IMG/VR virus record: IMGVR_UViG_3300010370_000028
Span: 32,001-96,000 of that record
Length of the DNA: 64,000 nucleotides
Reading direction: 5' to 3' (one strand)
From: a virus
In this document: piece after piece, positions 20,601 to 29,036 of the stretch
Layout: every line of letters begins with the position of its first letter
Numbering within the stretch: position 1 is the first letter of the stretch
Program-made: the position numbers and the translations under genes
The notes under the pieces: model-generated
The model's database searches: none
The model's input: the letters and a program-made list of their open reading frames with translations, nothing else
What the model was told of the DNA's origin: nothing

Positions 20601-20655
20601 TATGGTTGTAAAAGTTATTCAAGATGAACAAAGATTAGGAGGATTATTAAGATAA
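11695..20655 (+). CDS. Tail tape-measure protein with internal cargo modules
   Basis: N-terminal TP901-type TMP core (LELARQG, GGAVIGNAFKTIFARI); long A/Q/E/K helical body; C-terminal D.VPAML.GGEF motifs; 2986 aa. Confidence 0.9.
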   Translation: MPLQVPVTQTGLEASIIAAAKKAGRNLNINLGTNTRSISALSQPLGRITGQADEFTKSMEAANARVFAFGASVGIINGVTKAFGALVRNTIEVERSLVEINTVLGASSDSLQKFGNKLFDVAKSTGQTFDIVAKGALELARQGLSTEETLKRINDALILSRLSGLDAQQSVEGLTAAFNSFKETGITTSQILNKLVVVSQKYSVSERDLIEGLKRSASVADQAGVSFDELVGIITTVQERTARGGAVIGNAFKTIFARIQDRGALEDLRSFGIEIQDVQGKILPATQILQNLAGEFNKLTQVEQADLAKKLGGVYQLSNLLAAVKDLSSEQSKYVDIVKLSAGATDEAYKKNAALNETLATLINKVTLSAQQLGATLGEIGIADGLKKLLDFVNYIFEGFQKILGEESALGTLFKGLAKGIGSVLAGPGLAIFAAIIGKLSIQLAGFGVEALKSFFKITSTSKELQNIQGAITSTLLNNKQIQQQILNLEGNRVAQAQFISTALNEQLKTMQRMQSIAASITPDVYAATSGARKSASKNVAGAAGGYMPAVAGEASDIRRGVGGARAGDKPVVIPNFAFGGGKKGTMVAHTGEYIVPNFARGGSAIFNRDMIASMGLPSGAKKIGAAGGFIPNFAEWYDSSTKKVVTSTDYPKTPGNWTKIASNSQTYRKYADTLENYKLPNVDFYLFPDGTGGRGATVRGALGRSKSKAVENIEKQQQKVEKSGFFNLNADQLGGILLVSPRFGKGVGSLDTSMQIAEIPIFNQGKFQVDKNKYINLKGVKTSNTPSGRDLQGLQGDISQLFAGGIVDLAYRLYGSTFDPASAGEFTQKLKSLDSSNKQQLIPQAAQGDLFEAAGKVALNSFSNLESLFGSAEQNRPFDFQNPAALQKMFGVSVLRGEAKRGGEKNFSSSKQVSGIIKKVFNDPEYSPKALDALKAQGAFSAEMQKQKKEEEISNAVSGFVPNFAKIFDLVKNFSSTLSPKLKLSKSSDNRLNENDSVNLIGNRFNKLFVPKKDGENGERYEKRVLSELGYTSSIGLNFKGNSAIDGYKNATSLVEVKSGFYNEQDTKLKFLRALAENYGTNNQLDIWTSNIDDFKVNGLLVHSDESDISNKSKPSQLRKDFQMSDALRANKYNRLKRFSKGYIPNFVSQKYILNTLARIKAGTSGFSKQEQETFLNKFGAKSTGKKISLREVYDKLDGEVGIAQLIDKAYSAAGLTASNEEVYRMFEKQTKANPYLLRSLVSKKGFVPNFADPLKEAIGREMSAGVPASQIYVDQNSSLKNPMNPMGLMVANRRDEPSGGMQGINRARKEGANPMMYGAAGGFVPNYASIPAMPTMGSVGSSSVANKFNAALNKATLELQNGSTTINQVIAELGKIRPTATKLTANAQALAQKYQEELLQRQQAVATRILESNAGKKLAAQLDKVYIEYNKSQKSAADLDAAQKKAAAILQKTSLSQSSQRAIVSSTGSLAGSRLTAQPQATGDLLTKMFGLQTALSLLTGATSDTENAFATAANAITSVASSFTSVYLVFEGLKGAGGKLGSLFGALGGKLGIYAAGAYALYEGWQILAKNLDSTNSSINNASYAMEGLAKAASGATVNYGTLSESQKKRIKTSREGLIEGGKLYEKVTYDAKGELKNRALMKASFEGYSDELETQFEGAIDQALAVGVSYDVMFNKFNAAAKSANKITAEEVEGMINEFKILAEEIAKVKPTDFLKNAGIFEGGKNAEFAKKFQNYTSDQLEEQLKLFNEKGKGKGTTQLQELITQYTPIRGLTAQKDFARAAYQQQKEAAKVQEESIKTATESASLSLLKQQLENRIAYKKALFEASSAEEYSLELQKEMLSVSEKDRTLADYKLQSLQAAKKLTSEQADATIGILKDSELIQKKLQAAGVADKIDPEKFKQLTSAAEEVGDAILKQGGYTDEVKTKLQALLTPLNLTAEQQKLIRDTVQETNDQLAKQAALQNKLNAQSNLQKATLEAINFITQKRSEAITNQYDKQLKANELEKRRIDLEKEAGILQLERRKIGGGAGSNLGVDREIAQLEKNAIKLKFDIDQKDLINQVRKALAEAALSAGLTPTEVENLNLQNVTTKEQAVDKAKEIEDIETEIKIKKLIAAQEEFKKTILASNYFKNQVTSAADIFLQKIQEAFPGAKTSFVTQDDLNQYVQNLNKGDAGGAQTLPPTVVTPEEDLIAKGQAEIDALLANRKTGDSSFVGDVERLFDENQKIKYLEFQNALTEIDNRLLAAGGSLTTFANLVRDVFSNLPENIAQNQFAMLTATDTQSIIGNAVEARRNAILAQGPKDETTIVKAADATAIYEKELEIKKAITAADKINGEFELQKLKEILPLRLELLKAETNEEREAIIDRIIAKEKQRLPILQRIKAEFSSTAEQRTAELEDSVVNASVQFRDNIVEGISQAIEGGSSLKDILLNAALEFTREITKASLKNALGSIGNLFNFGGVGKYASGGMINGGSGSKDDVPAMLMGGEFVVNKKAVQKYGPDFLHAINNGTLGGYAKGGGVKKFTDQTGEGGYFLPGLYGNESVASQQGLFDFATQNYTSGARDVISSGENYASINLETESFRLTQRGRENNPMFAATQSAKEQALGLVFQEAENWEKYREAVEEAKRQEKERQKAIRKQLLISAAMAVGSAVAGPVLGAAASGFKAAFGASSAANNGFLTNLGAGLKGIFTGGQLAGSTLTQNVGGLNNLFASLGKGLTGNFAEAGNLFKLSQIGSADQLQKAFAGSITSKSNFSNYLTDNGYIPQASIVNEGGIGINGTNNWFSNIFGGVKRFLGLGQGRDIDENGFESTAIDNPAVGMSRQELLELTQDPLMRDIYNQNPAEWKRRATGGIIPSTSGIDTVPAMLSGGEFIMNRAATQNIGSGNLQALNSGGGSVVTEEKTEELNDKLISKLDELIQASISKSSVGEININVDSSGKSKESSSNVESGGQSQQLARSIRDMVVKVIQDEQRLGGLLR
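13321..15684 (+). repeat. Dispersed peptide repeat (G)(F/Y)(I/V)PN(F/Y)(A/V) within the tape measure
   Basis: PNFA at 13417, 13483, 13588, 14581 and 15442; PNFV at 15130; PNYA at 15673; degenerate AAGGYMPAVA at 13321. Confidence 0.9.
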
Positions 20656-20656
20656 A

Positions 20657-21445
20657 ATGTTTGGTTCTATTGATAATTATGAAAATGAATTTTTTGTCAA
20701 TGGGCAAAAAGTTTTAGGTGTTGAATCGATTGATTTAAGTTATTCAAATAATCCAGTTGTAGAGAATTTTTTAGGAACTAGAAAAGGATTAACTATAATC
20801 AATGGACCGACATCTCAAAAAATATCCATAAATAGATATTTAATATATAATGATCCTTTTTTATCTTTTACTGGTTCTAATTCGTTTTCTGGCAGTATTA
20901 ATTATGAAAATAAATATTATGGTTTTAATAGCGGCTTCTTAGATGATTATTCAATTAGTTGTGCAGTTGGGAGTATTCCAAAGATTAATTTAAATGCAAC
21001 AATATATGATGAATTAACTACTGGTAAAAATAGTAGAGGATCTATTGCATCACCATCAATTTATATACCAAATCAAGGATCTATATCTATAACATGCGAT
21101 GGATCTTCAACAAATCGAGTTGTTGGTTTTGATTATGCAATTAAAGTATTTAGAACTCCTGTTTATAGTATTGGTTCAAAATTTGTTAATCAAGTAATTT
21201 CGACACCAAATATCCAATTTGCTTCATCTGTTCAAATTGATTTAGATGATTTATTTTTAAGAAGTGGTTTTGATTTTATTTCAGATAGACAAAATAAAAA
21301 TTTATCTTTTTCTATAAAATCTAGAGACGGTTTAACAACTTTACAATCTTTAGTTATGCCAAATGCTTCTCTTGTTGGAGAGTCTTTATCTAATAATGTT
21401 GATGGTGGTATAAAATTAACACTTAATTATATTGGACATATATGA
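20657..21445 (+). CDS. Tail-tube-fold tail tip protein
   Basis: GFLDDYSISCAVGSIPKI and RTPVYSIGSKF align by eye with the tail tube (AYLTDYTVDLSVGNIPTV, RTPIERLGSKF); first gene after the TMP. Confidence 0.6.
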   Translation: MFGSIDNYENEFFVNGQKVLGVESIDLSYSNNPVVENFLGTRKGLTIINGPTSQKISINRYLIYNDPFLSFTGSNSFSGSINYENKYYGFNSGFLDDYSISCAVGSIPKINLNATIYDELTTGKNSRGSIASPSIYIPNQGSISITCDGSSTNRVVGFDYAIKVFRTPVYSIGSKFVNQVISTPNIQFASSVQIDLDDLFLRSGFDFISDRQNKNLSFSIKSRDGLTTLQSLVMPNASLVGESLSNNVDGGIKLTLNYIGHI

Positions 21446-23004
21446 GTAATTATTTAAATAATTCAGTTAAATTTTCTAAGAATACTGATGCAATATTAGT
21501 TGAAAATGATGCTATAGCTTTAAATGGAGAAAAACAAGCTTCTAAATTTTCTAATACACCATCTAAAGGTTCTAAGTTCACTCCATCTTCTTCATTAACT
21601 TTAGTAGATGGCAAATTTTATTGTAGGTCTATTTTTGTCAAAGCGAATGATATAAGTGGTTTAAATGCGACAATTATTCCATTTGTCTTCTCAAGCACTT
21701 TAGGAAGTAGTGGTGCTAGATGGGTATTTTTTAATATTAAAACTAAAACCATTAGTTATTCAAATTCATTAGATCCTGGTTGTTATGCAAATTATAGAGA
21801 ATATGATAATGGATGGATAAGATTGTGGGTAACATTTGAAAAAACTTCTACAAGAATAATTTCTCAAGATTATTACATTGGTGGCTATGGAAATACTTCT
21901 GCATTACATTCCTTTTGGGTTTGGGGCGCTCAATTTGAAGATGTTGCAACATTATATTCTGAGCCAAGTGATTATGAAGCTGTAGGAGTTAAATCAACTT
22001 CAACTTTTTATAATAGAGATAGTAATATAAAATTGAATTTATCTGATAAAATTGATGATTCAGATAGTTTATCTTCATATTATACTCCTGTTTATGGCTC
22101 TAGGGTAACATTTGAGTCTAGATTAAATTCATATGAAACAACAGATGGATATTATAATGTAATACCTCTTTCAATAAATAATTTAAAAGCTACATTTGAT
22201 TTGAGATTTGATTTGAATGAATTTGAATCACAAAGATTAATTGATTTTATAGAATCTAAACAGGGAATAAGAGCTTTTGAGTTTTCTGATGCAAGTGATT
22301 TTTATGCACCTTTAATTGGGTTTTGTAGTGAATATTCAGTAAATCATATGAATAAAAATCATTATGAAGTTGCTGTAAGATTTGAAGTAGATCAAGTTCC
22401 ATCTTTATTAAATTGGAAAAATGGATCATTTATAAATTATGAAATTGGTACTTGGGTAGAAAATACTGATTATGAAAAATACGATATACTTTATTTTGAT
22501 ATAAATGATTTTGATTCAACCCAGCAAGTTATTGGCGTTAATCCAGATGGAATTAATAAATTAAATAAATTTTATTATGCTGCTTATGATCATAACTCAT
22601 TATTAGGAGTTGATAGTCAACCAACTGATGAAATATCTCCTTGGAGACAGGATTTTTTCTTTGAGCCAGATATTGGTTTGCAAAACGATGTTCAATTATC
22701 AATTTTAAAAAATGAGTTTAAAAATTCTTTTGTTCAAAGAGTTAAAACAAAAAAACATATAGGAGCTATTAATTTAAATTATAAATTTACTAATATAACA
22801 ACCAAAAAAGCATTAGCTATTTTACACTTTTTAGAAAATAAAGGCGGTTATAGAAGATTTAGACTAGATATGAAATCTATTTATAATAAACCAAAGGTTT
22901 TTTATTGCCCATCATGGACGCACACTTGGAAATCTTTTAACTCTCATGATATTGAAGTTCGATTAATAGAAGATCCAATAGGAATAATTTCAAAGAAAAA
23001 CTAA
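21442..23004 (+). CDS. Minor tail protein (two lambda gpM-like repeats) with an N-terminal carbohydrate-binding-like module
   Basis: IDFIESKQGIRAFEF and LHFLENKGGYRRF repeats; GWIRLWVTF..WVWGAQFE module. Confidence 0.55.
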   Translation: MSNYLNNSVKFSKNTDAILVENDAIALNGEKQASKFSNTPSKGSKFTPSSSLTLVDGKFYCRSIFVKANDISGLNATIIPFVFSSTLGSSGARWVFFNIKTKTISYSNSLDPGCYANYREYDNGWIRLWVTFEKTSTRIISQDYYIGGYGNTSALHSFWVWGAQFEDVATLYSEPSDYEAVGVKSTSTFYNRDSNIKLNLSDKIDDSDSLSSYYTPVYGSRVTFESRLNSYETTDGYYNVIPLSINNLKATFDLRFDLNEFESQRLIDFIESKQGIRAFEFSDASDFYAPLIGFCSEYSVNHMNKNHYEVAVRFEVDQVPSLLNWKNGSFINYEIGTWVENTDYEKYDILYFDINDFDSTQQVIGVNPDGINKLNKFYYAAYDHNSLLGVDSQPTDEISPWRQDFFFEPDIGLQNDVQLSILKNEFKNSFVQRVKTKKHIGAINLNYKFTNITTKKALAILHFLENKGGYRRFRLDMKSIYNKPKVFYCPSWTHTWKSFNSHDIEVRLIEDPIGIISKKN

Positions 23005-23008
23005 TACC

Positions 23009-25003
23009 ATGCCAAAACAAATATTAAAAAGCAACTCAGCATTCGTTGGTATTGGTAATCCATTATCAACTCCTAAAACTATACAAAGAACTAATTTAGT
23101 TTTCCCAAGTGAAGGATTTGATTCATGGAGTTTGATAAATGGTGCTACAATTTCTGCAACAGATCAAGATGGGCCTTTTAATATAAAAACAGCAGAAAAA
23201 ATAACATTATCAGCTACACAAAATAGTAGATTTGAAAAACAAACTGCAATTTCATCTGCTGGTTCTTATGTATTTTCTATTTGGTTAAGAGCTGATTCTC
23301 CAGTTAGTGTACATATTGGTCTTACTTGGGCAAATAAATTAATAAATGTCACTACTGAATGGCAAAGATTCTTTTATACTGCAAATTTAAGTGCTGGAAG
23401 TGCATATCCACAAGTACATAAAAATAATACAGATCCAGCATTTTCGCTTTATGCCTGGGGCGCTCAAGTTGAAAGAGGAACCTTTCCAACAAATTATATA
23501 AAAACATCAACTGTTACAAATACAGTAACTGAAGCAATTGATGAATTAAGATTATTTACACTTACTCAAAATTGTAATTTTGGAGTATCAAATGATCACT
23601 TAAAATTAAAACAAATAGGGTCTGATGGATATGCAGTAAATGAAGTTTTTCAAGCGCCAAAAGTTAACTTAACTTTAGACTATTTACATTCTCCATATTT
23701 AAATAATGAATTACTTTTGGGTTTTAATGGAAGTGGAGATCTTTATCAGAATGCTCTTTCTAGCTTCAACTCGAAAAGAAATAATTTTTATTTAGTAGTT
23801 GATAATAGAGACATTAAAGAAGGTTTTGATGAAGTAAAAAGAATAGATCCTTTAAATATTGATTTTAGTGGTTTTAGTATTTTTTCTTTTGGCGACTGTT
23901 ATTTAACAAATTATTCACTCAATTTTCAAATAGGCCAAATTCCATCAGTTAGTACAACTTTTGCTTGTTCTAATATGAAAATAGATACTTTAGTTGATTC
24001 TGAAAAATTTGAAATAGTCACTGGGAGTTTTACGTGGAGTGGTGCTAGAACTGATGCAGAATCAAGAGGTGGAAGATTAGCTATTTTAAATACAGAAGAA
24101 AAACAAAATAAAGTGCCAGAATATTCAAGTTCTGCATTATGGATTGGTGCAACTGATTCTGGAGTTGAAGGAACTTGGAGATGGATTGATGGAACGCTTC
24201 TTAATGATGGGTATACTAATTGGAAAATTTATGAACCAAATAATGCTGGTGGTGATGAAAATTATGCGATGAGATATAATAGCACTAATTCTTATCAATG
24301 GAATGATGGTCCAAACTCAGGATTACTTGGATATATAATTGAATACGGAATTGCAGAAACTAAAAATCAAATTAATATTCCATCTGTAACAACTCCTGGA
24401 ATTTTAAATTTAGCTGATTCTTATTTTACTTTGACCTCTGGTTTTGTTGCAAGCAACCCAGAAGAAAAAAATGAATTTAATATACCAGTCACATCCCCAA
24501 TGCATAGTGAATTTATTCTTGATGACTTGCAGGTTGGAGGTATTAAATTAGAGTCTTATAATAAGCCATTATTACAATCTCTATCAATAGACATAGATTT
24601 ATCTAGAAATGACCTATATGGATTAGGTAATAACTATGTTTATGATAGAAAAATCAGCTATCCAATTAATGCTAAAATAGATATGTCTGTATTAGTTTCT
24701 GGGGTAGATGATGGATTTATTAGTGGAATTCTTCAAAATCAACAAGTTTATGGATTTACAATAAATTGTATAAATACTAAAAACTATATAACTGGTTCTT
24801 ATAAATTTAATAATTGTAGATTAAATAATTTTAATTATTCAATGCCATTAAACAATGTAATGACATTTAATGCTTCTTTTGACTGCACAATTAGAAATGA
24901 TGCTGGATTCTTAATGAGAAGAGTAACTGATGCTATTGGGAATTATTATCAAGATTTCGATACAATTTGGAACAACTTGTCTATAAATTGGGAATCTGTT
25001 TGA
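23009..25003 (+). CDS. Tail-tube paralogue carrying CBM-like and C-type lectin insertions
   Basis: Collinear similarity to 6532-7632; WIGATD..EGTWRWIDG..NW..EPN..WND lectin at about 24008-24350. Confidence 0.7.
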   Translation: MPKQILKSNSAFVGIGNPLSTPKTIQRTNLVFPSEGFDSWSLINGATISATDQDGPFNIKTAEKITLSATQNSRFEKQTAISSAGSYVFSIWLRADSPVSVHIGLTWANKLINVTTEWQRFFYTANLSAGSAYPQVHKNNTDPAFSLYAWGAQVERGTFPTNYIKTSTVTNTVTEAIDELRLFTLTQNCNFGVSNDHLKLKQIGSDGYAVNEVFQAPKVNLTLDYLHSPYLNNELLLGFNGSGDLYQNALSSFNSKRNNFYLVVDNRDIKEGFDEVKRIDPLNIDFSGFSIFSFGDCYLTNYSLNFQIGQIPSVSTTFACSNMKIDTLVDSEKFEIVTGSFTWSGARTDAESRGGRLAILNTEEKQNKVPEYSSSALWIGATDSGVEGTWRWIDGTLLNDGYTNWKIYEPNNAGGDENYAMRYNSTNSYQWNDGPNSGLLGYIIEYGIAETKNQINIPSVTTPGILNLADSYFTLTSGFVASNPEEKNEFNIPVTSPMHSEFILDDLQVGGIKLESYNKPLLQSLSIDIDLSRNDLYGLGNNYVYDRKISYPINAKIDMSVLVSGVDDGFISGILQNQQVYGFTINCINTKNYITGSYKFNNCRLNNFNYSMPLNNVMTFNASFDCTIRNDAGFLMRRVTDAIGNYYQDFDTIWNNLSINWESV

Positions 25004-25009
25004 AATAAA

Positions 25010-25015
25010 GTGTAA
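25010..25015 (+). promoter_or_regulatory. GTGTAA putative late-promoter motif
   Basis: 14 nt upstream of ATG 25030. Confidence 0.55.
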
Positions 25016-25029
25016 AAAATAATGAAAAT

Positions 25030-28000
25030 ATGGATCTACAAGGGAAAAAGTTAAGTGATACTTATAAGTATTTATTATCAGTTGGGCCAATCGATTCTAG
25101 TACATCAATAACACTGGGTAATGGCGCTCCTATTCCTTGGAGTGCAAATGGTATTGTTGTGACAGGCAATACAGCTCAAACAATAGGTGGAGCTAAAACT
25201 TTTAATGGTACTCTAACCATCCCATCAACGCTTAATTTTAGTTCGAATGGTTCAATTGTTAAAACTGGAAATCATGCTGTTACATTAACAACTTCTTCAG
25301 CTTCTAATATAACATTTTCAAGCGCTACAGCTAGAACATATACTATAGCAGATCCAGGAGCAAATGCTTCTTTTGTAATGACAGAGGGGGCGCAAACTAT
25401 AAATGGCGCTAAAACTTTTAATGGAGATACTAAAATATTAGCAGATGTCGAAGTAGGATTAAATGCAACGGCTACTAATTTATTTGGAACTGGAGCTTCA
25501 ACAAATAAATTTGGTGATAAAGCTATAACCTCTAATGCATTTGGAAATGATGTAACTGGTAATTCTTCTTTTAATGATTTTGGAAAAGCATCTAGATCTA
25601 ATAATTTTGGAGAAAATGCTTTTATAAATATTTTTGGAAAAAATAATAGTGGTTATAATGCATTTGGTATAGGAATAAGTGGAAGCACTGCATACAACGC
25701 TTTTGGTTCTGGTTTAATAAGTGGCGCTCAAAATTATTTTGGTTCAAATTCTAAAAATCATTTTGGTAAAGATGGTGAAAATTATTTTTATTCTGGATTA
25801 TTTGCTGGTCCAGTTACTTTACCAGCAACTGTTGCATATACTTCTGCTGGAAGTATAGTTAAATCTGGTAATCATCCATTAGGATTAATAACGACATCTG
25901 GAACAACTGGAACATTTCCAACTGGAAATATTAATATTGCTGCGCTAGAGGGTCAGCAAACTTTTATTGGAGAAAAAACATTTTCAAGTGGAATAAATAT
26001 TACTAAAACAACAGATCAATTAGTTTTAGGGGGTGCGACAAAATTAACAATTAGTTCAACAGCTCCAGCAAATAATAGAAAATATACGATTCCAGATGCT
26101 GGTAAAGATGTTAGTTTTATATTAAGTAGTGGTACTCAAACTATTGAGGGGACAACAACATTTACTTCTACAGTTAATGCAAGTATTACTGGCAATGCTG
26201 GTTCAGCAACCAATGCCGTTTATGTAACTGGTGATCAATCAATTAATGGAACAAAGAGCTTTACAACACGTCCAACTGTTAATGGATCTGGTGTTCTTTT
26301 GGTTGGTGAATCTGTGGCTAGTGCTACAACTCCTTATAGTTTAATTTTTGGTACTGGTTTAAAATTAAGTAATGGAACTACACCAGCAAGTTGGAACGGT
26401 AATCAGGATAAAACTATTGAAGTTGACACTACCTATATTGCATCTTTAACTGGTAATCAAACGCTTAATGGTATTAAGACATTTTCAACTGGGCAGATTA
26501 TTGAATCTAGCACAAATCACATTACATTAAAAACTGGTAGTGCTGGTAATTCAATTTTTATTACAGTACCGTCAATTTCTGCAAATCATACGTATACAAT
26601 ACCAGATATTGGTTCTTCTGCAGCATTTGTGTTAACAAGTGGGTCGCAAACTATTGGAGGATTAAAAACATTTACAGCTGGACAAACTATACAATCTACT
26701 TCTAATCAAATCACATTAAAAACTGGTAGCGCTGGTAATTCTATAGCAATTACAGCGCCAATAATTTCTGGAAATAGGACTTATACAATGCCAGATGTAA
26801 GTGGAAACGCTGAATTTGTAATGACTACAGGTTTCCAAGCAATTGGTGGTGTTAAAAACTTCACTTCTCGTCCAACAGTTAATGGAGCAAGTATTTTACT
26901 TGCAGGAGACACCTCTGTTTTCTCAAAAGTTGAAGCTCCAAATCTTGTTTATAATACTGGAAATCAAATTATAAATGGAAGAAAACAATTTACAAACTTC
27001 TCTATTGCAGGTCCATTTGAAAATGATGTTGATGCTGATTTTAATGGTTTATTATCTTCTAAAGGAGTTTATTGTATAAATGATGGTTCTATTAGATCTG
27101 CAGTTGAAATACCATCATTAGATATCGTTTATGAAACAGGAGCCACATCATTAACTCCTAGAATTGGTCCAACACCATTTTTTTCAAGACAACAGTTTGA
27201 TACAAGTGGTACTTATATGGATAAAGATGGATATCTTAAATATGCTACTGGAAATCAACCAAGATTTGATTATGCGGTAAGTAAAAACTTATATTATGGA
27301 AGTAATAGTTTATTTAATTTTTGGAGATATCCAGAATTTAATGCGGGTTTTACTGAAAAATCTATAGTCAGTGCGCCAAATGAAATAAATCCTTTAAAAT
27401 CGCAAAAGGATGTTCAAAAATATGTTGATATAACTGGATCTGGAGTTGCAACTCAATATACAATTAGAAGAGATCAGATATTATATAGTGGAATAGATTA
27501 TACAATGTCTGTATTTGCAAAACCAATAAATAATAATTTTATAAAATTTTTAGCACCAAATAATTTTATTTTATTTAATTTGTCAAATAATTCAATATCT
27601 GGAATGGGGAATGTGGGAATACTTGGATCTGGAATAGATAACACTTATGGAAATGGTTGGTCACGTTTATGGATGTCTTTTAAATATAGCGGTTTAAACT
27701 CATCTCAAGTCACTCAAATAACTTCTTCTGATATTACTGGGGCTACATCAAAAATCGTAAATACTACAGCAGTCGATGCATTTTATTTATGGGGACCACA
27801 GTTAGAACAAAATGCAAAACCAACTTCATATGAAACATCTTTTGGCATACCTAGTGTACAATCACCTGGTTATGAAGGTATAACTTCAAAAGGATTACTC
27901 TTAGAAAGAAGATCAAGTAATTTAGTTTTATATTCTAATAATTTTACTGGTGGACAAGCAAATAATAGCTTTTCTAATGGTAGTATAGTTTTAACTGGTG

Positions 28001-29034
28001 GACCTTGGCCAGATGGTTCTGGAGTTAATTATTCTGGTGCTGTTTATGTTGAAAATAATACAAATTCTATTCATAATGTTTATAGACATCAAATATCAGG
28101 TATTACGGGTGGAACTAATTATACAACATCTATATTTTTAAAACAACCAATTAATGGAAGAAGATATGTTTTAGGTATATTTTCAGGATCTGGTATTCCA
28201 GATACAAGAGTTTCAATTGATTTAGATAGTGGTATAAGTGGTGGTAGAACAACAGTAGTTCCTGGTTATACAGCTCCATCATTTTATACTGGAATAAAAT
28301 ATCCTAATAATTGGTATAGGCTTGTTATAAGTCAAACAGCGACTAGTACTGTATCAGAAGGTGGTAATTGTTCATTTTGGTCAACAACGGGTTTTGGAGA
28401 AAATACTGGAGCTATTCCAGGTTTAAATGGACCAGCATTTCAAATATTTGGTCATCAAACAGAATCTTTATCTAGAGGAATAGCTACAAGTTATAAACCA
28501 ACTAATGGAATAACTGGTAGACTTGAGCCAGATTACTGTAGAATAGAAGGAGATGATTTTTCTGGTTTCTTTAATGAGCGACAAGGAACATTCTTTTTGG
28601 AAGCTGAGGTTTTAGAAAATGACACTGCAAATTTATATGGAATGCTTGCTATAGAAGGTTCTAATAGACAATCTGGACTTTATTCAGTTTATTGGACTCC
28701 GCCAACCAAAAAGTTTAGTATTGATTATGATACAGCTCCACCAAACTATCATAATTCAGCTTTGTTCCAAATTACAACAGGAACTACATCTGGAGTTAAA
28801 GAGTTTTTTGCAACATCATCATATAAGGAAAATAATTTTGCAGCTTCATTTTATAATCAAAGTATTTTGACAGATACAACTGGAAAATTAGGTATGCTTC
28901 CTATGGATAAAGTTGTTTTTGGTGCTAATGGATATTCTGCTGGGCCAAGTTATTCAAACATGTACTTAAAAAGATTCTCATATTGGCCACTTCAATTTCA
29001 AAATAACAAATTAACAGGATTATATAGATACTAA
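25030..29034 (+). CDS. Long tail fibre/spike protein
   Basis: Many QTI.G.KTF fibre repeats, N.FG repeats, two CBM-like modules and a C-terminal LamG-like region. Confidence 0.75.
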   Translation: MDLQGKKLSDTYKYLLSVGPIDSSTSITLGNGAPIPWSANGIVVTGNTAQTIGGAKTFNGTLTIPSTLNFSSNGSIVKTGNHAVTLTTSSASNITFSSATARTYTIADPGANASFVMTEGAQTINGAKTFNGDTKILADVEVGLNATATNLFGTGASTNKFGDKAITSNAFGNDVTGNSSFNDFGKASRSNNFGENAFINIFGKNNSGYNAFGIGISGSTAYNAFGSGLISGAQNYFGSNSKNHFGKDGENYFYSGLFAGPVTLPATVAYTSAGSIVKSGNHPLGLITTSGTTGTFPTGNINIAALEGQQTFIGEKTFSSGINITKTTDQLVLGGATKLTISSTAPANNRKYTIPDAGKDVSFILSSGTQTIEGTTTFTSTVNASITGNAGSATNAVYVTGDQSINGTKSFTTRPTVNGSGVLLVGESVASATTPYSLIFGTGLKLSNGTTPASWNGNQDKTIEVDTTYIASLTGNQTLNGIKTFSTGQIIESSTNHITLKTGSAGNSIFITVPSISANHTYTIPDIGSSAAFVLTSGSQTIGGLKTFTAGQTIQSTSNQITLKTGSAGNSIAITAPIISGNRTYTMPDVSGNAEFVMTTGFQAIGGVKNFTSRPTVNGASILLAGDTSVFSKVEAPNLVYNTGNQIINGRKQFTNFSIAGPFENDVDADFNGLLSSKGVYCINDGSIRSAVEIPSLDIVYETGATSLTPRIGPTPFFSRQQFDTSGTYMDKDGYLKYATGNQPRFDYAVSKNLYYGSNSLFNFWRYPEFNAGFTEKSIVSAPNEINPLKSQKDVQKYVDITGSGVATQYTIRRDQILYSGIDYTMSVFAKPINNNFIKFLAPNNFILFNLSNNSISGMGNVGILGSGIDNTYGNGWSRLWMSFKYSGLNSSQVTQITSSDITGATSKIVNTTAVDAFYLWGPQLEQNAKPTSYETSFGIPSVQSPGYEGITSKGLLLERRSSNLVLYSNNFTGGQANNSFSNGSIVLTGGPWPDGSGVNYSGAVYVENNTNSIHNVYRHQISGITGGTNYTTSIFLKQPINGRRYVLGIFSGSGIPDTRVSIDLDSGISGGRTTVVPGYTAPSFYTGIKYPNNWYRLVISQTATSTVSEGGNCSFWSTTGFGENTGAIPGLNGPAFQIFGHQTESLSRGIATSYKPTNGITGRLEPDYCRIEGDDFSGFFNERQGTFFLEAEVLENDTANLYGMLAIEGSNRQSGLYSVYWTPPTKKFSIDYDTAPPNYHNSALFQITTGTTSGVKEFFATSSYKENNFAASFYNQSILTDTTGKLGMLPMDKVVFGANGYSAGPSYSNMYLKRFSYWPLQFQNNKLTGLYRY
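26446..26830 (+). repeat. Tandem 189-bp (63-aa) fibre repeat
   Basis: ACATTAAAAACTGGTAG at 26524 and 26713; ITLKTGSAGNSI twice. Confidence 0.75.
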
Positions 29035-29036
29035 TT

